From NCBI GenBank assembly GCA_963733195.1, contig CAVTCR010000083.1, positions 1-52,738 on the forward strand: DNA of 52,738 bases, in the 5' to 3' direction. How positions within the stretch are numbered: the stretch's first letter is position 1; every line of letters starts with the position of its first letter. Position numbers and translations under genes: made by a program. The notes under the pieces are model-generated. The model worked only from the letters and a program-made list of their open reading frames with translations. It searched no databases and was not told the DNA's origin. Positions 10,985-22,082 of this stretch are shown here, one piece after another. Source of the DNA: an uncultured delta proteobacterium (GTDB taxonomy: Bacteria; Desulfobacterota; Binatia; Bin18).

Positions 10985-11197
10985 TCATTCGTTTTGCTCT
11001 TTGTAGAGTTCTAGCCACATCATTTGAATTTTTTCTAGCTTCCCTTCACTGGATGCTTTTGGGTCATCCGCGAACCCATCGAGTTCTGTCACCCAGCGGT
11101 GCAGGTCGGTAAACCGTACGCTCAGCGGGTCAACCTCCGGGTGAGCTTCTAAGAGTTGTTCGGCAATATCTTCAGGGCTGTCCCAGTAGAGTTTCAT
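10985..11197 (-). CDS. iscX: Fe-S cluster assembly protein IscX
   Basis: WDSPEDIAEQLLEAHPEVDPLSVRFTDLHRWV..L.GF.DDP...LE.IQ..W. Confidence 0.92.
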   Translation of the reverse strand: MKLYWDSPEDIAEQLLEAHPEVDPLSVRFTDLHRWVTELDGFADDPKASSEGKLEKIQMMWLELYKEQNE

Positions 11198-11241
11198 CTC
11201 AGTATCCTTGCTCTTTTTCTCTGTTTTCTCTATCTCCGTCT

Positions 11242-13053
11242 CTACACCTTCCCCAGCTCTTTCCCTCCCAGCACATCACCAATCGACTTATCCATAATCC
11301 GTTGGGCAAAGGGTGCAGAGAGTGTCCCTAACTCCTCGATCAGATCGCGCATGCGATTATAATCTTCACCACTCTTCGCTTCTTGCAGAGCACTCACAGC
11401 CCCACGAATCTGCGCTTCCTCACCAGGCACAAGAAACGCAGCATATTGATGCAACTGTTTCTCTGTCACATGGAGCAGCGTGTCGGCCTCGGTCCGTGCT
11501 TCAATGACCAATCTACGAGTGACATCGTCTTCAGCAAAATCAATCGATTCTTCGAGGAGCCGCTCGATCTCTTCATCCGTCAATCCATAGGAAGGTTTCA
11601 CTTCAACCGACCGCTCATGGCCAGTGCGCATGTCGGACGCTGCGACATTGAGGATACCGTTAGCATCGATCATGAATGTGACTTCCACTCGTGGCATCCC
11701 AGCCGGTTGTGGATCGATCGGCACTTTGAATCGCGCGAGGCTGCGGCAATCCTGAACTAACTCTCGCTCGCCCTGCAAAACGTGAATATCGACGGCAGTC
11801 TGGTCATCAACCGCAGTGGTGTACATCTCCTTCACGCTGGTTGGGATCGTCGTGTTGCGTTCGATCAGGCGGCTCATTACCCCACCCATCGTTTCAATGC
11901 CGAGCGAGAGCGGAACAACATCAAGCAGCAACATGTCCTTGCGGCGTCCTGCCAAGGTGTCCGCTTGGACCGCAGCACCAAGTGCAACGACTTCGTCTGG
12001 ATTGAGATCGGTGAGCGGCTTCCGGCCAAAGAACTCACCTACTCGCTGGCGGACCAGAGGCATACGCGTTGAGCCACCAACCATCACCACGGCGTCAATC
12101 TCATGTGTCTCTAGTGCGGCATCTTTCAACGCCTGACGACACGGAGCCAAGGTCCGCGCGACGATATCAGCAATCGCTACATCTAACTCCTGGCGCGTAA
12201 GGCTCCGGGAAACATGTATATTTTTCTCTGGCACCTCTAATCGTAGTTGCGTTTCATTGTGGTCGGACAGCGCACGCTTCGCTTGCTCTGCGACATGGCG
12301 GGCGTTGCTGGCGACCTGGGGATCGTGCCGCAATGCCTCGGGAACGCTGCCCAAAAGGAATTGCTCAGCCAGGCGTTGATCAATATCGTCGCCACCAAGT
12401 CGTGTGTCGCCATTCGTCGCGAGCACTTCAAAGATGCCAGTATGCAATCGTAAGATTGAGATATCGAACGTTCCACCGCCTAGATCATAAACAGCGATGA
12501 GTCCTTCTTCTTTCTTATCGAGCCCGTACGCGAGCGAAGCCGCGGTCGGTTCATTGACTAAACGCACGACTTCAAGTCCCGCCAGTCGTCCGGCATCTTT
12601 GGTCGCTTGCCGTTGCGAGTCATTAAAATAAGCAGGAACAGTAATCACAACCTTATGTACTGGTTCCTTGAGGTACGCCTCAGCTCGGTCGCGTAATGCT
12701 CGCAAGATAAAAGCCGACACTTCAGGGGCGGTGTACGGATGACGAGGCAAGGCAAAGCGAACAATGCCGGTCTCGTCAGCAAAGCGATAACGGCGACGAT
12801 CTTCGGCACTAACGTGCTCCATACCAAGACCCATAAAGCGCTTGACTGATTGGATAGTTGTAAGCGGTTGGTCAGCGAGGAGCGTTTTAGCTTCTTGCCC
12901 AACGACAATTTGACCGTCTTGGAAAAACGCCACCACCGACGGCAAAAGGGGATCGCCGGTGTCTGGGTCAGGGATCACACGAGGGATGTCGCCATCCACA
13001 AAGGCAATCAGACTGTTGGTGGTCCCAAGATCGATACCAACTATGCGGTCCAC
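11242..13053 (-). CDS. hscA: Fe-S chaperone HscA (Hsp70)
   Basis: [42 protein letters not shown]; isc context. Confidence 0.93.
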   Translation of the reverse strand: MDRIVGIDLGTTNSLIAFVDGDIPRVIPDPDTGDPLLPSVVAFFQDGQIVVGQEAKTLLADQPLTTIQSVKRFMGLGMEHVSAEDRRRYRFADETGIVRFALPRHPYTAPEVSAFILRALRDRAEAYLKEPVHKVVITVPAYFNDSQRQATKDAGRLAGLEVVRLVNEPTAASLAYGLDKKEEGLIAVYDLGGGTFDISILRLHTGIFEVLATNGDTRLGGDDIDQRLAEQFLLGSVPEALRHDPQVASNARHVAEQAKRALSDHNETQLRLEVPEKNIHVSRSLTRQELDVAIADIVARTLAPCRQALKDAALETHEIDAVVMVGGSTRMPLVRQRVGEFFGRKPLTDLNPDEVVALGAAVQADTLAGRRKDMLLLDVVPLSLGIETMGGVMSRLIERNTTIPTSVKEMYTTAVDDQTAVDIHVLQGERELVQDCRSLARFKVPIDPQPAGMPRVEVTFMIDANGILNVAASDMRTGHERSVEVKPSYGLTDEEIERLLEESIDFAEDDVTRRLVIEARTEADTLLHVTEKQLHQYAAFLVPGEEAQIRGAVSALQEAKSGEDYNRMRDLIEELGTLSAPFAQRIMDKSIGDVLGGKELGKV

Positions 13054-13700
13054 AATGCCTCACTCTCTTTTTCCACATCGCGCAGCAAAGTACGCAAATA
13101 CGCAATCTCCGATAACAGGCGTTTCAATTGCGCGAGCAGGTCTTGCGAACGCGGCTCGTCATTCCATTGCGTCAAGTTCTCAGCTAATGCCGTGCGCAAT
13201 ACCTGCATTTGTCCGTCAAGGTCAGTGCGGATTTCTGCAATGTCCGCCTTGACCTGTTCTCCTTTTCCGGCTTCCCGTGCAGCTCGAATATCCGCGAGTT
13301 TTTCTTGTACCTCGAACACCAACACTGCCAAAGTTTGAGGAACTCGGTTGTTCTCCTTCCCAAGCGTTTCGCCTTGGAGTTCGAGCCAGTATTGCCCACG
13401 CTGTACCAGATCACGCAGGGTGCGATAGGCACGATTCAGAAGTACGGTATTTTTCAAACTTGCATCTTTTTCTTCTGTCGTGCCGGTTTGGTAGAGATCG
13501 GGGTGGAGACGGCGACTCAAGTCGTAATACTGCTGTGTCAATGCAGTTTCATCGATCGTCGGACGTAGCGGAAGACCAAAAACGCTAAAGTAGTCGATCT
13601 GAGACGGGAGTAGTTGGACCGCATGACACTCGGGGCAGAAGAGCGTGGCAGGGTGCTCATGCGCACATCGCCAACATCGCAGAACAGCAACAGTAGTCAT
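13041..13700 (-). CDS. hscB: Fe-S co-chaperone HscB
   Basis: N-terminal CxxC...CxxC and a J-domain HPD motif. Confidence 0.92.
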   Translation of the reverse strand: MTTVAVLRCWRCAHEHPATLFCPECHAVQLLPSQIDYFSVFGLPLRPTIDETALTQQYYDLSRRLHPDLYQTGTTEEKDASLKNTVLLNRAYRTLRDLVQRGQYWLELQGETLGKENNRVPQTLAVLVFEVQEKLADIRAAREAGKGEQVKADIAEIRTDLDGQMQVLRTALAENLTQWNDEPRSQDLLAQLKRLLSEIAYLRTLLRDVEKESEALWTA

Positions 13701-13716
13701 GCATCATAACAACGGC

Positions 13717-14049
13717 TTACACCGAGAACGAGCTGCCACACCCACACGAACGTTTTACATTGGGGTTTTGCAGTTTGAACCCTGAATCCATCAGCCCGTC
13801 AGCGTAGTCGAGTTCCGTACCGCGGAGATAAATGAAGCTTTTGCGGTCAACCAGCACCTTGGCACTATCGCGCTCAAAGATCCGGTCGCCATCGCGCTGG
13901 ACATCGAGATCCATCTTATATGACAGCCCCGAACACCCACCCCCAACGACTTTCACTCGCAGCCCTTGCCCTTCTTTTTCCTGTTGGACAATGAGCGATT
14001 GAATCTTCTTTGCCGCGTTCTCACTGATTTCAATTGTCGCTTGAGCCAT
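13717..14049 (-). CDS. iscA: A-type Fe-S carrier (IscA/HesB family)
   Basis: GGGCSGLSY and NPNVKRSCGCGSSF. Confidence 0.9.
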   Translation of the reverse strand: MAQATIEISENAAKKIQSLIVQQEKEGQGLRVKVVGGGCSGLSYKMDLDVQRDGDRIFERDSAKVLVDRKSFIYLRGTELDYADGLMDSGFKLQNPNVKRSCGCGSSFSV

Positions 14050-14112
14050 GCTTTTTCCCTTACTACTCTTGCCTACTCGGCTTCAAACTGAAAGAGGAGT
14101 CACTCTCGTACT

Positions 14113-14199
14113 CTAATGATGAATTCTGAGTGATGAACGATGAATAAAAAAGCTATTCGGTCCCCCATTCATCATTCCGCGTTCCGCGTTCATCATTTC
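14113..14199. repeat. Inverted arrays of 7-mer tandem repeats (TGATGAA / TTCATCA)
   Basis: aatgatgaattctgagtgatgaacgatgaa ... attcatcattccgcgttccgcgttcatcattt upstream of iscA. Confidence 0.7.
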
Positions 14200-14399
14200 C
14201 GAAAGTGGACCTTACGGGTCTACGATAAGATGCAGGGCAGGAACTGTCAAGGGAACCTGCTACTTCGTCTGGGTATTCTGCCGAGTTAGGTCCGTCATGG
14301 CACGAAAGCTTGCATCCAGGGAAAATACACACGTGTCCGTGGTTATGCCTCCTGAGATTACCCGTAGTCGGCGGGACTGACGCCTCTGCTGTCTATTCG

Positions 14400-16950
14400 T
14401 CACACTGATAATCCTACATTTTGCATTAGTACAGACAAAAGCGAACGCAGAAACCGTCCAGTGTGAGAGCGTTCACTCTGCGCAATCTCTTCAGGAATAC
14501 CAACAGCGATGATCTCTCCGCCCTGTGCACCACCTTCGGGACCAAGATCAATAACAAAGTCAGCGATCTTGATGACGTCCAGATTGTGTTCGATTACAAT
14601 AACCGTATGTCCACCTTCCACTAACATCCCCAGCACTGTCAATAAGCGCTGAATATCGGCAAAGTGGAGGCCAGTGGTTGGTTCGTCAAGAATGTATAAC
14701 GTATGGCCAGAGGGTTTGCGACTCAGCTCCTTGGCTAGTTTCAAGCGTTGCGCCTCTCCTCCAGAAAGCGTCGGCACGGGTTGTCCCAATTTGAGGTATT
14801 CAAGTCCCACATCACGCAGTGTCTCCAACTTGGGACGTAAGGCAGGAAGGTCTCCGCAGAAAGATAGTGCCTCGTTCACTGAGAGGGCAAGGATCTCAGC
14901 AATATTTTTTCCGCGAAATCGCACTTCTAGGGTCTCGCGGTTATATCGCGTCCCACGGCAGACATCGCAAACCACATACAAATCTGGGAGAAAGTGCATC
15001 TCAACCGTCACCACACCATCGCCTTCGCACGCTTCACACCGACCACCTTTGACATTGAAGGAAAAACGTTCTGGTCCGTAGCCACGGACACGTGACTCAG
15101 GCAATTGGGCAAAAAGGTCACGTAGAGGATTGAAAAGACCAATATAGGTTGCAGGATTCGAGCTCGCGGTCACGACTGATTGGCCTCTGATCAACGCAAA
15201 TCACGTTCTTCAACTGTTGCCAACCAGAAACTTTCATTCCCTGCTCTTTTACGTGTCGCTTGTTCAGCAACAGTGCAAGGGTTGGATAAAGTGCGTCCAG
15301 CACCAATGAGCTTTTGCCCGAACCAGAAACTCCCGTGACGCACGTCAATGTACCGAGGGGAAATCGTGCAGTCACATTCTTCAGATTATGCACGGTCACA
15401 TCAACGAACGTGAGCCATTGGCGTGCAGGGCGTCGGCGTTGCGGTAATGGAATCTTAGTTTCTCCACGTAAATAACTTCCTGTGATTGAGGCCGGCGAGT
15501 GCATCACTTCCTGAGGTGTTCCCACCGCCAACAACTCGCCACCGGATTCACCCGCTCCCGGACCGAGATCCAAGAGATAATCCGCAGCGAGAATCATCTC
15601 ACGATCATGTTCGACTACAACCACGGAGTTTCCCCGATCACGTAACTGCCGCAGTGCATTTAGTAAGCGTTCGGTGTCACGCTGATGTAACCCGATTGAG
15701 GGTTCGTCAAGAACATACAAAACACCAGACAGTCCACCACCAATTTGCGTCGCTAGTCGCACGCGCTGGGCCTCGCCACCAGACAGGGTCACAGCCGGAC
15801 GATCCAACGTCAGATAATCAAGGCCAATGTCGAGAAGAAACCGCAACCGCGTCTCAATTGCTTGACACAAGGGTCGCGCGATGGCTGTTTGCTGGTCATT
15901 TAAGGGCAGTGAAGAAAAGAACGCGTAGGCCTCGGCAATCGACAATCGTGACACCTGCACGATGTCGCGCTCAGCAAGACGAATGCCCTGACCTTCCGGT
16001 CTGAGCCGGGTACCGTGGCAACTGGGACATAGAACGATCTCTCCGTCTCCTTCTTCACTTGCTACCGCTCCCCGTGTCTTCTTTAGTTTTTTCTTCACCA
16101 CCTGCGTCCCCAGGCCATCGCACTCAGGACACGCGCCTTGCGGGCTGTTCGGTGAGAACAAGGCAGGAGTCAGTTCAGGATATGAAAACCCGCACGCCGC
16201 ACACACCAGATGCTGAGTAAACAAGAGTTCGTCACTCTCGCCTACGAGAATTTTCACCACGTCTTTGCCGTGCCGCAAGGCAGTTTCGAGCGAGTCGGCT
16301 AGTCGCTGAGCAATACCGCTTTTGACAATCAGGCGATCAACAACAATCTCGAATTCGCTCGGTGGTTTGCGGGGAAATGACGCTTCCTCAGCGAGGTCAT
16401 ACTGAGCCTCGCCTACTCGCACCCGCACAAAACCCGCTTGCCGTAGTTCGCGGACAGTACCGACAAAGTTTGCAGCACTCGTCAGTCGGATCGGTGCAAG
16501 GACATGAATACGGGTACCTTCGGGAAGGTTCGCAATGTGATCGACAATCTGCGGCACGCTATGACGCGTAATTACTCGTCCACATTTCAAACAGTATGGG
16601 GTTCCAACACGCGCGTAGAGAACTCGCAGATAATCGGCAATCTCAGTGACTGTCGCGACGGTTGAACGTGGCGAGGTCGTTGTACCACGTTGTTCGATCG
16701 CAATGGCCGGTGAGAGTCCTTCTATATCATCGACATCCGGTTTCGCGCGTTGGTCGAGAAACTGCCGTGCATAGGCCGAGAGCGATTCGACATAGCGTCG
16801 TCGCCCTTCAGCATAGAGCGTATCAAATGCCAGCGACGACTTCCCCGAACCTGAGACACCGGTAATCACCACAAGTTTGTTACGCGGAATCTCGACCGAG
16901 AGGTTTTTGAGATTATGTTCGCGTGCGCCGCGAATGCGTATGGAGTCCAC
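14400..16950 (-). CDS. uvrA: Excinuclease ABC subunit A; frameshift near 15170
   Basis: [11 protein letters not shown], two [10 protein letters not shown] Walker A motifs, two LSGGEAQR signatures, Zn fingers, LDEPTTGLH. Confidence 0.93.
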
Positions 16951-17001
16951 TGTTGTTAGCGAGATTTCGGCACCACTTTTTCAGCAAAGCAGACGAGAAT
17001 G

Positions 17002-17041
17002 CTCAGCCCCTAGAGTGAATTGAGCAGTTTGTCAAGGAAAG
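17002..17041 (-). promoter_or_regulatory. Putative sigma70-like promoter block, duplicated at 29634-29673
   Basis: Minus strand TTGACA-N17-TAGGGG, about 50 bp upstream of uvrA; 37/40 identical to the copy upstream of the LLM gene. Confidence 0.55.
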
Positions 17042-17092
17042 CATATCGTAAGAAAGCACATCAGCCTGACAACAATAGACAGGGTTACCTCT

Positions 17093-17539
17093 CTAGGATT
17101 CTTGGGGCGAGACGTCATACGGCACGAGCAGAAAACCAAGAATCCGGAAATCACTGTCCACCGTTACCACATGATGAATACTGCGCCTCTGACAGAGAGC
17201 AAACGAGGTACAGTCAGTAAACGAGAATTTCTGATCGTGATACTGACGGAAAAGATCCCCAGCGCGCTGACGAAGATCTTTATCGATACTATGACATACC
17301 AGTAACCCCGAAGTCTCCAAATCGCGAAAATTATCCAGCGCAGTGCAGGCCGTGGCATGGCTGATATGATAACGGAGGAACGTTACGGTTTCGTCGATGA
17401 TGTAGTCGGAGGTATGGAGAGGCCAGGCTGTCCCACGTATCACCAAGGACAGGCAATCCTTGAACATCACATGCGCATTGTCAGATTTATCGAAGTACGC
17501 GACCCAGCCGCCAGTATCGACAAAGAGCGGCTGCGTCAT
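17093..17539 (-). CDS. PIN-domain (VapC) toxin
   Basis: LFVDTGGW, IIDET, FSFTDCTSF, TVDSDF. Confidence 0.9.
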   Translation of the reverse strand: MTQPLFVDTGGWVAYFDKSDNAHVMFKDCLSLVIRGTAWPLHTSDYIIDETVTFLRYHISHATACTALDNFRDLETSGLLVCHSIDKDLRQRAGDLFRQYHDQKFSFTDCTSFALCQRRSIHHVVTVDSDFRILGFLLVPYDVSPQES

Positions 17540-17784
17540 GGCTGCTTTCCGTACAGCACCTCATCGACCCGTCGCGAAGCGAGTGGATCACCAGATTCTC
17601 CACAGCCGGCTGCCGCGAGGAAGCGCTGACGCGCGGTTTCCTGATCTGTCATGCTCGGCTGTACCTCAACGTCTTGGGATACCACCAGAACAACTTCCAC
17701 AGGTCCTGGAGGCAAAGCAACTTCCATATCTATCCGCAGCCGTCGGTCTTCTCCAACCACGGATCTCGTTTTGAGGGTTTCCAT
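17536..17784 (-). CDS. Putative antitoxin (VapB-like)
   Basis: 82 aa; ATGA overlap with the PIN gene; ends ...SRRVDEVLYG. Confidence 0.75.
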   Translation of the reverse strand: METLKTRSVVGEDRRLRIDMEVALPPGPVEVVLVVSQDVEVQPSMTDQETARQRFLAAAGCGESGDPLASRRVDEVLYGKQP

Positions 17785-17873
17785 TGAGGTTTCCTTTTTT
17801 AGTCTTCAATACCATGTCCCTAGAGTGAAGTCGAAGGGAAAGAAGGGCGCTACACACACGGATTGCAAACTGG

Positions 17874-17909
17874 CCAATGGCTCAATGACTCAATGGCTCA
17901 ATGACTCAA
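17874..17909. repeat. 8-mer tandem repeat (CAATGRCT)
   Basis: caatggctcaatgactcaatggctcaatgactcaat at the 3' end of the regulator gene. Confidence 0.75.
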
Positions 17910-20900
17910 TTCCTCCAACAGCGCCTTCGCCTCTTGCAAGTCCTTGGTGTCAAATCCTTCGGTGAACCAACCGTAAATCTCGGATAACATCTTGGTGAGC
18001 TTCGTTCTGTCTTGCCTTGCTGCTGCCACAACCGGCTCAAGCTCATGGTCGCGCGCAGTTCCAGGGACTTGGCTTGTTGCTTCCGAGCAATCTCGATGGC
18101 CTTCAGAAAACACGCTTCGGCTTCGCCTTGGGGGTCGGGGGTCAGGGATTGGGGTTCGGTAACTGACAATTGAGAACTGACGACTGACAACTGCTTTCGA
18201 CTTTTGCCTTTTGCTCCTTCGACTGTTGATTTCTTGGACTCTAGACTCTAGACTCTGGACGCTAGACTGAGCGAGCGTAAGCTCGCCTTGCAGCCGATAC
18301 AGCTCCGCCTCGTAGTACACGCTCCCCAGTCTTGTCCACCAGCAGCCAGCGCCTCGGCCAGCACGGTCAAGTCCTTCTTCGACCGCCCTACTTTCCCATA
18401 CGCCTCGGCCAGCAGGGCAAGAACGCGGCCGACCAACTCTGCCCCCGTGGCCCGGAGGCCGCCAGGCCCTGCCGCATCTGCGCAATGCCTTCTTCTACCT
18501 GCCCCTGCTCGGCCAGCGCCCAGCCCCGCACCATCGTCCCAACGCCAACCAGTACGGAAACCCCTGCTCGGTTGACAAGCGTCATCCCGCCTCTGCCCGC
18601 TCTCGGGCGAGTCTGTCCCTCCCGGCGGAGAGATGGAACATGGCAGCAATCCCCAAGGCAATAGCCAGACTAAAGGGGTGAGCCAGCTCCTGCGGCCAGG
18701 GCCAGGGCCTCGCTGGCTCCGCTTCAGGGCCTGGTCCGGATAGCCCAGATACCACAGGGTCCAGGCTGCATAGGAGAGACACCCCCACCCTGGGGTCAGC
18801 CGTAGAGAAGGCAGGAGCGCGGTGCTGCTGGGGGTCATACAGGGCAATCGCCTGCTCCACGTGTGTCCGGGCCGAGGTCGAGCTCTCCAAGCAAGTACAA
18901 GGTCCACCCCAGTGCCATGTGGGCCTACCAGCAGGAGATACGGGTCTTGGACGCTCTGGGCCAGCCGCATCAACTGCTCTGCCAGCTCAAGCGCCGTCTG
19001 TAACTCCCCCCGCGATAATATAAAACAACCGCAGTCCCCACAGCACCGGGAAGAGCTGAGGAGTTTCCCCAGCTGCTGGCACAGTTCCCGGGCCCGGGTG
19101 TAGGCTTTTTCCACTTCTGGGGCCCCATAGCCCTTGATAGCGATCAGGGCATCACCCAGAGTGAGTTGCAGGGTGAGTTCTTGCTGGGCGCGCTCGGGAG
19201 TGTCCGGCAGGGTCTTGAGCAACTCCAGTCCCTTGGTGAGGAGAGCTGATCGCTTCCTGGTAGGCCGAGCGCCGCAGCGGCATTCTCGCCCGCCTGTTGC
19301 AGATACTGGACTGCCTTGCGATAGTCCCGCCCCTGCTCAAAGTGCGCCGCCAGCTCGGCGGCAATCTCTCTGTGTCTGCTCTCCATAGCCCTGCTCTTCC
19401 CGTTCGCCAATCTGCTGATGCACTCGCTGCCGCCGTCTCGCTGTGAGCCGATGGTACAACACTTCTTGATACAAGGCATGCAGAAACCCATAGCGCGCTG
19501 CTACCGTCCCATCCGGCCACTCGGCAGTCCCACTCGCCCGCAGGAAGTGTTCCCGTCGCACCAACGCCTCACACTGTTCCTCGATCCCATCTACCTCCGT
19601 CTCCAGCCCCGGCGGCCACCGCGGCGGCGGAGAACTCCGCCCCGGCCACGCTGGCCACCTCCAGCAGGCGCTGGGTCTCGGGACTCAAGCGCTCAATTTG
19701 CTGCCCGATCAACTGCTGGAGACTCTCCGGCACCCCAGCTTGCCACCTCCTCTACTTCCTCCTTCAGCTCCCACCGGCCATCGCTTTGCACCAGCACGCC
19801 TCGCGTCACCAGATCATTAACCACGTTGACCATAAACAGCGGATTGCCATCCGTGCGCCGGTGAATGATGCGGGCCAGCCGTTGTAGGGACGTTCGGATG
19901 CACCCTCACCCCGATCCTCTTCCTGCAAGGGAGAGGAGAAGCAAACCTCACTGCCAGATATTTCGCTATGTCTTCTTCGTTCAGAAAGTCGAGCAGCAGT
20001 TCCGTGCAGTAGCCGCGCGTAGCTGCAACTCTTGCTTCACCGCTCTGAGCGGATGCCCCTGCACCAGTACATCCACCGGCCGGTAGGTCCCGATTATCAA
20101 TAGACGGGCGGGCTCCCGTCGCCGCGCCACAAACGCCAGCCAGTCCAGCGTAGAGACATCACTCCAGTGCAGGTCTTCTAACCACAACACTAAGGGGCGC
20201 TCGGCTGTCAGCTGCTCGACCGCTTCGGCCAACTCCCGCAGCATCCGCTCGCGGGTCGCGCCTTGGGTCTTCCGCTGGAGCATGTTCCAACTCGGTTGCG
20301 GTGAGCAAGGCAGGCATCTGCACCAGCCACGTCGGGGCCTGCTGGCTCAACAGCTGGATGAAGCGTTGTCCCTCAGCCTCGCGCCCGAGCCGCCCGAGGG
20401 CTTCCAAAAGCGGCAGGTAGGCTTCGCCCGCCCCATAGTGTTCGATGCACTGCCCCTGTCCCAGCCAAAGCTCGTGTTCGTGTTCGTCGGCAAGACGAGT
20501 CAGAAATGCGTCCACCAGGGTCGTCTTGCCTATCCCCGGCTCGCCTGTCACAAAGACGATTTGGCGTTCTCCATTCAGGGCTTTCTCCCAGTACCTGTAG
20601 AGTTGGGTCAGCTCCGCCTCTCTACCTAGCAAGCGAGTAGGCAGTTGACTGCTTACTGCCCAGCCTAGCTCTGCCTCTGCCTACTGGATACCTCCTGAGT
20701 GATGGTGGCGGGCGATGGCGCAGCATGCTCCTCAGGCTCCCACATCACCCGGTAGACTCGCACCGGCTCGGCAATGTTCTTGACCACCCGCTCGCCCAGG
20801 TCTTCATACCTTAGGGCTAGCTTGCTCTTGACGTGTTCGTGCACGGTCCCGGAGACACAGATGCCTCCAGGCTCCGCCAGGCTCTCGACGCGGGCCGCAA

Positions 20901-21630
20901 TGTTGACCCCATCCCCGTAGATCCGCCCTCCTTCCACTACTACGTCACCCAAGTTAATGCCGATACGAAACTCCATCCGGCGCTGAACAGGGCGATCGGC
21001 GTTCTGGACTTTGAGCGCCTTCTGAATCTCGATCGCACACTGCACAGCGTCTACCACACTGGCAAATTCGGCCAACAGGTTATCGCCAGGCGAATCCACC
21101 ACTCGGCCCCGGTGCTGTTGGATGAGAGTAGTCATAACTTCGCGGTAGGCGGTGAGCGTATGAATGGTTGCCACCTCATCTTCACCCATGAGGCGGCTGT
21201 AGCCTTTGACATCGGCACTCAGGATGGCCACCAGCTTCCGTTCGAGCTCCCTCACCTCGTCCACTCTCTTCCGATGCACAGTCTCAGTAGGCGTCTTGGT
21301 CCGACCCTGTAGGTCGTTGAGCTGACCGATGAAGCGAAAGCCCCGCCGGTGGACGGTCTCGATGTAGCGACGTTCCTGGGCTTGGTCCCGCAATATCTCG
21401 CGGAGTTCTTTAATGCACGACGTCAGCGCGGCATCACTCACGACCGTCTCCGGCCATATGGCCTGAAAGAGATCGTCTTTCGTCACCAGTTCGCCGGCAT
21501 GGGTCACCAGGTAGCGGAGGACGGCAAAGGCTTTGCCCGTTAGCCTCACTTCTTGTTTTCCTCGCCACAGCCGCGCCTCAGTAAGGTCAAGGCGATAGAG
21601 ACCAAAGCTAAGCATTTGATCTGTTTGCAT
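17898..21630 (-). CDS. Large STAND-type regulator: OmpR/PhoB-type wHTH + class III nucleotide cyclase + AAA ATPase + TPR; many frameshifts
   Basis: FGLYRLD...GELVTKDDL...IETVHRRGFRF (wHTH); ILSADVKGYS, GDNLLAEF, YGDGVNIAAR (cyclase); GEPGIGKTT, LEDLHWSD, GNPL (AAA); ELRATMSLSRLW...YGWFTEGFDTKDLQEAKALL (TPR end). The pieces are colinear across the minus-strand ORFs. Confidence 0.8.
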
Positions 21631-21646
21631 TTTTCGTTTCCGTCCG

Positions 21647-21696
21647 ATCCTCGAAAAATCCCCAAGAAATCCCCAAGTTTTCCTCTGACTTCCTGG
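21647..21696. promoter_or_regulatory. Direct-repeat array with ~11-bp period (putative wHTH operator)
   Basis: atcc/ttcc units start at 21647, 21658, 21669, 21680 and 21690; two are exact ATCCCCAAG. Confidence 0.6.
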
Positions 21697-21772
21697 TCTC
21701 GGGTCACTATCCTCCTGGCACAAGGCACACGGGATTGCAAGCGACGCGTGCCTGGAAAGAGGGAGGTGTCTC

Positions 21773-22000
21773 ATGGTGCAGGATCCAGAAGGGCAGGCCC
21801 CGTTGTCCGTCCACTGTGCGTTTGTCGTGCATTTCCGGGTGAACAGCGATGTCGCCCAGGGGCGACTCGCCGGGCGGGTAGAGCACGTTGTGTCAGGGCA
21901 AAGCGTGCATTTTGCTTCATTGGAGGAGCTACTGGCGTTTATTGCACGGGTGCTGGAGACGGGGCGGGCGCCGCCACAGGAAGAGAAAAGAGGCCAATGA
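21773..22000 (+). CDS. Small hypothetical protein (AFVVHF...GRVEHVVSG...F.SLEELLAFI)
   Basis: RBS GGGAGGTG; 75 aa; divergent from the STAND regulator. Confidence 0.75.
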   Translation: MVQDPEGQAPLSVHCAFVVHFRVNSDVAQGRLAGRVEHVVSGQSVHFASLEELLAFIARVLETGRAPPQEEKRGQ

Positions 22001-22082
22001 ACACTCCACGAGACCAGCATCTCCCACCGAGAGCAGGGTCGAACTCGGGGAACACAAAGAAAACACCAGGCATAATTTCCAC

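Noticed and set aside
10985-14049. isc cluster lacking iscR/S/U/fdx
   Set aside because: Split isc operons are common and the missing genes may lie outside the window.
14298-14314. Sigma54-like TGGCAC...TTGCA motif (similar ones near 21724 and 47511)
   Set aside because: The GG-to-GC spacing is 11, 11 and 9 rather than the required 10, and the first has no co-oriented downstream gene. Indel errors cannot be excluded.
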